A stretch of DNA of 64,000 bases from Patescibacteria group bacterium (GTDB taxonomy: Bacteria; Patescibacteriota; Saccharimonadia; CAILAD01; BJGX01): positions 10,654 through 74,653 of the forward strand of contig JAPLVO010000012.1 in the NCBI GenBank assembly GCA_026397045.1. Reading direction: 5' to 3'. The notes beneath the pieces are model-generated. The model searched no databases and was not told where the DNA came from. It worked only from the letters and a program-made list of their open reading frames with translations. The position numbers and the translations under genes were made by a program. Below are positions 56,960 through 64,000 of the stretch, in pieces. Position 1 is the stretch's first letter. The number at the start of each line of letters is the position of its first letter.

Positions 56960-58045
56960 ATGAAACAAATCTACGAACAATTATTAGAGCTGCAAAGCAA
57001 AATCGATGAAGCAATTAGCAAGCTTGGCTTGGATCAAGATAGGCTTAAGCTAGCTGAATTAGAAAAAGATATGTCTGATCCGAATCTGTGGAATGATCAA
57101 TCTAGGGCCGAAACTATAACCAAACAATCGGCTGGGCTAAAGCAGTATTTGGCTAGCTGGGATGATATCAGTAGTGATATCAAAACCACCATTGAATTGC
57201 TGGAGGTCTCAGACGATAGCGAGCAGGCCGAATACCAGGCCATAGCAGACGATATATCAAGACGAGCCGAAAAGCTACTTATCACAGTAAAGCTAAGCGG
57301 AAAGCACGATAAGTATCCTGCCATCATGCAGCTCTCGGCTGGGGTTGGAGGAACAGATGCCGCCGACTGGACAGCGATGCTAGAGCGAATGTACTTGAGA
57401 TTCGCTGAAGTATCTGGGCTGAGTGCCGAATTACTAGACGAAAGCGTGGGGGATGAGGCTGGCATAAAAAGCGCTACTATTCGCTTTAGTGGGCCGTTTG
57501 CTTATGGTAAGTTGCGATCCGAGAAGGGCGTTCACCGGCTAGTTAGGCTAAGTCCGTTTAATTCGGGCAACTTGCGTCAGACTTCCTTTGCTTTGGTTGA
57601 TGTAATACCCGAGCTTGCCGAATCAGAAGTTAAAATCGCAGATAAAGACCTCAAGATTGATACCTACCGTAGTAGCGGGAATGGCGGCCAGAGTGTTAAC
57701 ACCACCGATAGTGCGGTGCGCATAACGCACATTCCCACAGGCACTGTGGTGGCGATTCAAAACGAGCGTTCGCAATTAAAAAACAAACAGCGGGCCATGA
57801 GTATTTTGGCTAGTCGTCTGGCCGAGCTAGCCCGCGTACAACGGCTTGATGACATTAGCCTGCTGAAGGGCTCAAACAAGTCGGCCGATTGGGGTAGCCA
57901 GATCCGATCCTATGTATTGCACCCTTATCAGAAGGTCAAAGACCATCGCAGCGGCTACGAGACCAGCGATACCCAATCGGTGCTGGACGGTAATATTGAG
58001 GCATTGATAGAAGCATATTTGGTTAGCCAGGTAGGTAAGGATTAG
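56960..58045 (+). CDS. prfB: Peptide chain release factor 2, encoded in a single frame with no programmed +1 frameshift
   Basis: SPF tripeptide and the GGQ motif. The region homologous to the E. coli frameshift site (KLGLDQD) is in frame with no UGA. TATAAT 10 nt before the ATG. Confidence 0.9.
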   Translation: MKQIYEQLLELQSKIDEAISKLGLDQDRLKLAELEKDMSDPNLWNDQSRAETITKQSAGLKQYLASWDDISSDIKTTIELLEVSDDSEQAEYQAIADDISRRAEKLLITVKLSGKHDKYPAIMQLSAGVGGTDAADWTAMLERMYLRFAEVSGLSAELLDESVGDEAGIKSATIRFSGPFAYGKLRSEKGVHRLVRLSPFNSGNLRQTSFALVDVIPELAESEVKIADKDLKIDTYRSSGNGGQSVNTTDSAVRITHIPTGTVVAIQNERSQLKNKQRAMSILASRLAELARVQRLDDISLLKGSNKSADWGSQIRSYVLHPYQKVKDHRSGYETSDTQSVLDGNIEALIEAYLVSQVGKD

Positions 58046-58084
58046 CTTTATTAATGTTAGTTTTTTTGTTATTATAGATATTAT

Positions 58085-58765
58085 ATGATTTTACTCGACC
58101 GAGTTACCGTCATCTATCCAAATAAAACGGTGGCGCTGTCAGGCGCTTCACTACACATTCAGCCAAAAGAATTTGTTACTATCGTTGGGCCATCAGGTGC
58201 TGGCAAAAGCACGCTTATAAGGCTCCTCATCAAAGAGGAAGTGCCAACTTCTGGCAAGATAATTGTTGGTAGTATTGATTACGACACCATAGATAGATCC
58301 AATATTCCTCATTTGCGTCGTCGCATCGGAGTTGTGTTCCAGGATTTTAAGTTATTGCCCAATCTTACTGTTTATGAAAATGTATCGTTCGCGCTAGAGG
58401 TGTCGGGAGTGCGTAGCAGCGAGATAAAACGCGCTGTGCCAAAGATCCTACAGCTGGTCGGCTTGAGTGAAAAAGCCCATCACTACCCAGGCGAGATTTC
58501 TGGGGGCGAGAAACAGCGAACTGCAATTGCTCGTGCCTTGGTGCGCAATCCCAAGATTCTAATCGCCGATGAGCCGACAGGCAATCTTGATCCCAAAAAC
58601 TCCTGGGATATCATAGAGCTTTTGCTGAAGATCAATCGATTCGGTACGACCGTAGTTTTGACAACTCATAACAAAGAAATAGTCGACGCCCTTAAAAAAC
58701 GAGTCATAACCATCAATAGGGGCCGAGTGGTTAAGGATGAAAAAGTTGGGAAGTACAGCTTATGA
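58085..58765 (+). CDS. ftsE: Cell-division ABC ATPase FtsE
   Basis: Walker A GPSGAGKST, signature ISGGEKQRTAIARA, Walker B ILIADEPT. Adjacent to ftsX. Confidence 0.9.
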   Translation: MILLDRVTVIYPNKTVALSGASLHIQPKEFVTIVGPSGAGKSTLIRLLIKEEVPTSGKIIVGSIDYDTIDRSNIPHLRRRIGVVFQDFKLLPNLTVYENVSFALEVSGVRSSEIKRAVPKILQLVGLSEKAHHYPGEISGGEKQRTAIARALVRNPKILIADEPTGNLDPKNSWDIIELLLKINRFGTTVVLTTHNKEIVDALKKRVITINRGRVVKDEKVGKYSL

Positions 58766-59676
58766 TTACATTTTGGAGGGTATTAAAGAGCGGTTTTAGA
58801 AACACTTTCAGAAATGCCTGGCTAAGTAGCGCAGCCACATTGGTGATGGCAGTAACCCTGCTTATCATGATCTTCTTCACATTTTCCATATTTTTTGTGC
58901 AAACTCAGCTCAAGGAGGTTCGCCAAAAAATCGACCTAACTCTATTTATAGCCGATGAAGCCAACGAGGATCAGATCCTATCCCTGCAGAATAAAGTTCT
59001 TCAGACCCAAGGCGTTAGCTCTGTCGAGTTTGTATCTAAAGCCGATGCCCTCAAAAAGCTCGAAAACAGCAGTGAGGAAGGTAAGAAACTCGCCAAGTCG
59101 GCTCTCGAGATAGGCAATCCCTTGCCTTCTTCCCTGGAAGTCAAATTGAATCAGCTCGATAACATCGCCGAAGTCAATAAAACAATTCGCAGCCTTCCCG
59201 AGGCCAAGATAATTAGCGAAACCAGCCTCGATAGCAGGGACGAGAATCGCCAGGGAGTGATAGAGAGTGTAATCCGTATCAGCAACGGGGTTACGCGTGT
59301 CGGCGCAGTGCTTAGTGCCGTGTTTTTACTAATCGCCTTAATGATAATATTTAACACCGTCAGAATGGCCATATTCACTCGTAGAGAAGAAATCGAAATT
59401 ATGAAGTTGGTTGGTGCCACCAAGTGGTTTATTAGGGGTCCATTTATTGTTGAGGGTTCGATGTATGGGGTGTTTGGGGCAACAGTAGCAGCTATTTCCA
59501 TTATCCCCATCAGCCGAGCAGCATCGCAGTTCTTAGTGGAAAAGTTCAACGCCGCCTCGACAGTAACATATTTTGGCAATAACTTCCTCTTAATTATTCT
59601 AGCAATGTACGGCCTCGGCATACTAATAGGGGCAATATCTAGCTGGCTGGCAATATCGAGGCATCTGAAACTCTAA
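58762..59676 (+). CDS. ftsX: Cell-division permease FtsX
   Basis: 4-TM topology with a large first extracellular loop and a C-terminal FtsX domain. Overlaps the ftsE stop. Confidence 0.85.
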   Translation: MITFWRVLKSGFRNTFRNAWLSSAATLVMAVTLLIMIFFTFSIFFVQTQLKEVRQKIDLTLFIADEANEDQILSLQNKVLQTQGVSSVEFVSKADALKKLENSSEEGKKLAKSALEIGNPLPSSLEVKLNQLDNIAEVNKTIRSLPEAKIISETSLDSRDENRQGVIESVIRISNGVTRVGAVLSAVFLLIALMIIFNTVRMAIFTRREEIEIMKLVGATKWFIRGPFIVEGSMYGVFGATVAAISIIPISRAASQFLVEKFNAASTVTYFGNNFLLIILAMYGLGILIGAISSWLAISRHLKL

Positions 59677-59732
59677 AAGCTCTCGTATTTTTCAATATTA
59701 TGTGCTATAATAGTTATGTTTTAAGGAGGGTG

Positions 59733-60836
59733 ATGAAAGCAAATAAAATCAAAATAAGTATTGGTGCCTGTCTCACAATTTTTGCCTTTATGGCCTCATC
59801 ATTTGTGATACTTTCGCCACTAGTCGCCAAGGCTAGTCCTATAGATGAACAAATCGCAGCCCTCAATAAAAAGGTCCAAGAAGCCTCTGCCGTCGCGGAC
59901 AGTAAAAAATCCGAAGCCGACACCTTAAAAGGCAAGCTAGCTAGTATTGAAGCCGAAATCAGCGCGGCCCAGGAGCAGCTTAATTTGACTGCTCTGGAAA
60001 TAAAGCGCACCCAAGCCAATATCGATGAGTCTAATCGCGAAATGGAAAAGCAAAAACTTATCCTCCGCGATAATCTTAGAATGATCTACAAGAGCGGCAG
60101 TATATCGCCGATCGAAGTGGTGGCTTCCAGCAAAAACCTCAGCGACTTCGTGGCACAGCAGCAGTATTTGGACGCCATAAAGCGCAAAGTTGATGACAAC
60201 CTAAACAAAATAGAGCAACTTAAAAAAGATCTAGATGCCAAAAAGGGCCAGCTCACTGCTCAGTCTAGCGAGCAAGAGCGGACTGTAGCTGGGATTGCAG
60301 CAAAGCGATCTGAGCAACAGAGCTTGCTGGATAGGACCCAAGGCGAGGAGTCTAACTTCCGTAAAGTTATCGCCGAGGATACCGAAAAGATCAAGGGCTT
60401 AAGGCGCCAGCAGGCCGCCATAATATCCTCGTATTCGACCAATGTCCGCTATGGTGGCACTGGCGACTACAAATGGGCAAATGCGCCTTGGCCTAATGAA
60501 ACTGCTGACGACTATGGTATGTTTCGTCGCCAATGTGTTAGCTACACAGCCTGGAAGGTAGATAACTCCGGAAGCAATATGCCCAGATGGGGTGGCAGGG
60601 GCAATGCAAATCAGTGGGATGATAACGCCCGCGCAGCTGGAATACCAGTCGATGGTAATCCTAGGGTTGGCGATGTGGCCATTAATGACTCTGGGTACTA
60701 TGGGCATGCCATGTATGTCGAAGCTATTCTGGGCAATGGTAAAGTGCGAGTTAGCCAATATAATGCTGGCAACGACGGAAATTATAGCGAAAGCGATGTC
60801 GGTATTAGCAACCTACAGTTTATACACTTTCCGTAA
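59733..60836 (+). CDS. Secreted coiled-coil plus CHAP-domain peptidoglycan hydrolase (PcsB-like, FtsEX-associated)
   Basis: Signal peptide, a coiled coil of about 200 aa, and a C-terminal CHAP with catalytic Cys (RRQCVSYTAWKV) and His (GHAMYVE). Start chosen at the ATG after SD AAGGAGGG (the ORF track starts at 59700). Confidence 0.75.
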   Translation: MKANKIKISIGACLTIFAFMASSFVILSPLVAKASPIDEQIAALNKKVQEASAVADSKKSEADTLKGKLASIEAEISAAQEQLNLTALEIKRTQANIDESNREMEKQKLILRDNLRMIYKSGSISPIEVVASSKNLSDFVAQQQYLDAIKRKVDDNLNKIEQLKKDLDAKKGQLTAQSSEQERTVAGIAAKRSEQQSLLDRTQGEESNFRKVIAEDTEKIKGLRRQQAAIISSYSTNVRYGGTGDYKWANAPWPNETADDYGMFRRQCVSYTAWKVDNSGSNMPRWGGRGNANQWDDNARAAGIPVDGNPRVGDVAINDSGYYGHAMYVEAILGNGKVRVSQYNAGNDGNYSESDVGISNLQFIHFP

Positions 60837-60855
60837 TTGAATTAGGTAATATAAG

Positions 60856-62097
60856 ATGATAAAAAAAACTCACCCAAAACCCAACTCAGGCTCTGATAAA
60901 AAAAATGCACCTAAAATTAGCAAGCGACTAATCGCAACGGCCTTAATTAGCTTTGGGCTGGGTGCGGTCGTTTTCTGGGGTGGTAGTCAAATACTGTCCA
61001 GAACTCCTATAGGCAAATCCCAGCTTGATACATCGTTGCTTTTTAAAGTAGAGTCGATACTTAGGCAAAAATATAATGGCGATATTGATTATCAGAAGCA
61101 GTCCGAAGGGGCTGCTGCCGGGGCAGTGGCTGCCTTGGGGGATCCCTACACTGTGTTTCTAGACAAGGAATCCAACAAGGAGCTATCAAACGACCTAAAG
61201 GGGGAGCTGTCTGGTATTGGCGTAGAGGTTGGCCAAAAAAACAATCGGCTTACTATTATTGCGCCCTTTGATGGCACTCCTGCAGATGCAGCTGGGCTGA
61301 GATCCGGCGATATTATAATTGGGATTAACGACGAAGACACCGCCAACCTTGCAGTGGATCAGGCTGTTTCGAAAATCCGAGGTGAAGCGGGTACCAAGGT
61401 AAAGCTTACTATCCTGCGCGGTAACGAGCCCCCCAAAGATTTTGAAATTACTAGAGAGCTAATTAATATTCCCAGCGTCACAAGTGAGATGAAAGATAAT
61501 AATATAGGCTATATCAAAATTAGACGCTTTGGCGAGGATACCTCAGAACAAGTTAAGATCGCAGGCAATAATCTTAAGGCTCAGGGCGCAAAAGTAATAG
61601 TCCTAGATGTTAGGGATAACCCTGGTGGCTACCTGCAATCATCTGTCGAGGTAGCTTCAGAATTTTATAGCGATGGAGTGGTTGTGGAGGAAAGATCCCG
61701 CAACTCCAAGCCCAAGATAGATAGTGCCCTGCCTGGCGGCACGCTAACCAAACTTCCCGTCATAGTACTCATTAACGGCGGGAGTGCCTCGGCTTCCGAA
61801 ATTCTTGCTGGCGCTCTAAATGATAATGACAGAGCGACTTTAGTAGGGGAAAAGACTTATGGCAAAGGTAGTGTACAGGAGGTTATTTGCCTGAATAGTC
61901 TGTTTTTATCCAGCGATTGTGATGGCCCATCACTTAAGGTCACGGTTGCCAACTGGTTCACACCAGCAGGAATTAATATCAGCAAGGAAGGGATTAAGCC
62001 CGAAGTGGAAGTCAAGCTCACCAGCGAAGACGCTAATGCAGGCCGCGATCCCCAGCTTCAAAAAGCACTAGAGCTAGCCAAACAAGCCCTAAATTAA
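60856..62097 (+). CDS. ctpA: C-terminal processing (S41) peptidase with a PDZ domain
   Basis: PDZ segment plus the S41 core (VLDVRDNPGGYL, GSASASEILAGAL, KTYGKGSVQ). Confidence 0.85.
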   Translation: MIKKTHPKPNSGSDKKNAPKISKRLIATALISFGLGAVVFWGGSQILSRTPIGKSQLDTSLLFKVESILRQKYNGDIDYQKQSEGAAAGAVAALGDPYTVFLDKESNKELSNDLKGELSGIGVEVGQKNNRLTIIAPFDGTPADAAGLRSGDIIIGINDEDTANLAVDQAVSKIRGEAGTKVKLTILRGNEPPKDFEITRELINIPSVTSEMKDNNIGYIKIRRFGEDTSEQVKIAGNNLKAQGAKVIVLDVRDNPGGYLQSSVEVASEFYSDGVVVEERSRNSKPKIDSALPGGTLTKLPVIVLINGGSASASEILAGALNDNDRATLVGEKTYGKGSVQEVICLNSLFLSSDCDGPSLKVTVANWFTPAGINISKEGIKPEVEVKLTSEDANAGRDPQLQKALELAKQALN

Positions 62098-62169
62098 AAA
62101 TTATTATTGACCCCACAATAGCGTAGGCGGTATGATAGTAGTAAGAATCTAATGTGAGGGGGTTATTTT

Positions 62170-63807
62170 ATGAAAACAAAACCTAAAACAAAGTATATAT
62201 TTGTTACAGGCGGCGTTATATCGGGGTTGGGTAAAGGTATTACTGCTGCATCTCTAGGCAAGTTACTCACGGCTCGGGGTCTAAAAGTAACTATGCAGAA
62301 GTGTGATCCTTATTTGAATATGGACGCCGGCACGCTAAACCCAGCAGAACATGGCGAGGTTTTCGTAACCAGCGACGGAGGAGAAACAGACCTAGATTTG
62401 GGTCACTACGAAAGATTTATCGATAGAGAATTAACTCGAAAATCCTCCACAATGAGCGGTAGGGTGTATTCTAAGGTGATAGCCGATGAGCGCAAGGGTA
62501 TGTTTTTGGGTAAAACTATTCAGATTATCCCCCATATAACTAACGAAATCATGAACCAAATAATATCATCTGGCGAGGGCAGTGATGTTCATATTGCCGA
62601 GGTTGGTGGCACGGTAGGAGATTACGAGGCGATGGCTTGGATTGAGTCGATCAGGCAGATGAAGCGTCGAGTAGGAGAAAAAAATGTTTTATATGCCCAT
62701 GTGGTGTATGTACCGTATTTGGCTGTCAGCCATGAGTTCAAGACGAAGCCAGCTCAAAACTCCGTCAGAGATCTTCGCGAGGCCGGCGTTCAGCCAGACA
62801 TTCTTTGTATACGGTCCGACGAGCCTATTAATGCAGAGGCTTTTGAAAAGATGAGCCTATATTGCGATGTCGATAAAGACGCCATAGTGGCCCTTCCAAA
62901 CGCCAAGACAGTATACGAAGTGCCACTGCGCATGGAGGAGACCGGAATTGGTAATTATATTTGCTCCCGGCTATTACTGAGCTGCATCAAGCCCAACCTT
63001 AAGGATTGGCATAAGCTGGTAGATAAAATTAAATCAAAAAAGCCACATATAAATATTGGTGTGGTCGCAAAGTACATGACCAATGAGGATACTTATCTAA
63101 GTGTATTTGAGGCAGTTCGTTCGGCAGGCTGGCACCATAACTTGGATGTAAATATTATATGGGTCGACGCCGAAAAGCTAACAGCCAGCACCAAGCCATT
63201 GGACGGTCTCGATGGTATTGTTGTGCCTGGGGGTTTTGGGAGTCGAGGGGTAGAGGGTAAAATTGCCGCCGCTCGATACGCTCGTGTTAATAGCGTGCCT
63301 TATTTGGGCCTCTGCCTTGGGATGCAAGTAGCTGTAATTGAGTTTGCAAGGCAAGTGCTAGAGGACGAGGCGGCCAACAGTAGCGAGATAGATCCAAATG
63401 CCACAAACCAAGTTATCCATATCATGCCCAACCAAGTTGGTGTTGAGCTAGGCGGCACAATGAGGCTAGGAGATTACCAGGCCAGAATCGATAAAAACTC
63501 ACGCTCTTTCTTGGCCTATGGTACCAATATTATTACCGAGCGACATCGGCATCGCTATGAGTTTAACAATCAATATTCCGACCAGCTTAAAAAGGCTGGC
63601 CTAGTTATTGCCGCGACATCCCCAGATGGCAAGCTGGTAGAAATAATAGAGCATCAAAACCATCCATTTTTTGTGGCTTCGCAGTTTCACCCAGAATATA
63701 AATCTCGACCAAATCGCCCCCATCCACTATTTAGAGACTTCGTTCAAGCTATCAAACACAATAATGCTAATAAATTAAACTTAAGCTATGCCAATAAAAA
63801 AGCCTAG
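62170..63807 (+). CDS. pyrG: CTP synthase
   Basis: YIFVTGGVISGLGKGITAASLG and the C-terminal glutamine amidotransferase GLCLGMQ. Confidence 0.95.
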   Translation: MKTKPKTKYIFVTGGVISGLGKGITAASLGKLLTARGLKVTMQKCDPYLNMDAGTLNPAEHGEVFVTSDGGETDLDLGHYERFIDRELTRKSSTMSGRVYSKVIADERKGMFLGKTIQIIPHITNEIMNQIISSGEGSDVHIAEVGGTVGDYEAMAWIESIRQMKRRVGEKNVLYAHVVYVPYLAVSHEFKTKPAQNSVRDLREAGVQPDILCIRSDEPINAEAFEKMSLYCDVDKDAIVALPNAKTVYEVPLRMEETGIGNYICSRLLLSCIKPNLKDWHKLVDKIKSKKPHINIGVVAKYMTNEDTYLSVFEAVRSAGWHHNLDVNIIWVDAEKLTASTKPLDGLDGIVVPGGFGSRGVEGKIAAARYARVNSVPYLGLCLGMQVAVIEFARQVLEDEAANSSEIDPNATNQVIHIMPNQVGVELGGTMRLGDYQARIDKNSRSFLAYGTNIITERHRHRYEFNNQYSDQLKKAGLVIAATSPDGKLVEIIEHQNHPFFVASQFHPEYKSRPNRPHPLFRDFVQAIKHNNANKLNLSYANKKA

Positions 63808-64000
63808 AGTCGCTATTGTTGATGGCCACCACGAACTATCGCTAGCCTATAAAAGTAGGCTAGCGATAGAGGGGTACGACTCAATTATTTTCAATACTGG
63901 CGAAAGCGCCCTAAGCTATGTCCGAGATGTACCAGTCGAGCTAGTGTTAATGGAGATAGATCTGGTTGATATGTCTGGCCTGGATGTTATAGATATATTC
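63788..64000 (+). CDS. Response-regulator receiver domain protein. The 3' end is truncated by the window edge.
   Basis: VAIVDG...ELVLMEIDLVDMSGLDVI receiver-domain pattern. Start overlaps the pyrG stop. Confidence 0.6.
   Translation, partial: MPIKKPRVAIVDGHHELSLAYKSRLAIEGYDSIIFNTGESALSYVRDVPVELVLMEIDLVDMSGLDVIDIF

Noticed and set aside
56960-57100. The programmed +1 frameshift site expected near codon 25 of prfB
   Set aside because: The homologous region (KLGLDQD) is in one frame with no internal UGA. RF2 is encoded without a frameshift here, which is normal for a minority of bacteria.

Overview
This 64-kb window looks like a small-genome monoderm bacterium, and the gene content and synteny are consistent with Candidate Phyla Radiation / Saccharibacteria-like organisms. 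I cannot confirm the taxonomy without a database search. GC content is roughly mid-40s %.

About 55 kb is densely packed core housekeeping genes, identified by motif-level reading of the ORF translations:
- ybeY-dgkA-adk-map-ftsA-ftsZ-nrdR
- ileS, followed by an FtsW/RodA-family protein
- trxB, rplU, parAB, lepB
- an LCP-family protein and htrA
- prmC-prfA-rpmE
- typA
- rpsB-tsf-frr-uppS-rseP
- mreBCD-mrdA
- greA, a class-I lysS, serS, hpf, secA
- prfB, then ftsEX, a CHAP-domain hydrolase and an S41 peptidase
- pyrG

Many genes carry a TATAAT box 6-10 nt upstream of the start codon and have no Shine-Dalgarno sequence, which suggests frequent leaderless mRNAs.

The most interesting part is an accessory block of about 9.5 kb inserted between secA and prfB (about 47.4-56.9 kb). 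In many bacteria these two genes are adjacent. The block contains:
- a small acidic ORF followed by a giant 1735-aa protein with a disordered Pro/Ser-rich N-terminus, two central transmembrane helices and a C-terminal GT-A-like glycosyltransferase domain with a DxD motif;
- a sharply GC-rich two-gene island of about 1.8 kb, with actinobacteria-like codon usage, its own sigma70-like promoter and hairpin terminators without U-tracts. It encodes a membrane protein and a secreted Pro/Thr/Cys-rich protein;
- an LPXTG-anchored DUF11-repeat surface protein with a (PVP)n stalk.

I read this block as a candidate host-interaction or surface locus that includes horizontally acquired DNA.

Other notable items:
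- a heliorhodopsin gene translationally coupled to an APC-family permease;
- a candidate Ile T-box leader upstream of ileS, which would be unusual for this lineage;
- an actinobacterial-type Rpf (resuscitation-promoting factor) domain protein;
- a well-delimited 36-codon Cys-containing peptide gene;
- a GraL-like promoter-plus-terminator arrangement in the greA leader.

I saw no CRISPR array, rRNA, tRNA, transposase or integrase.
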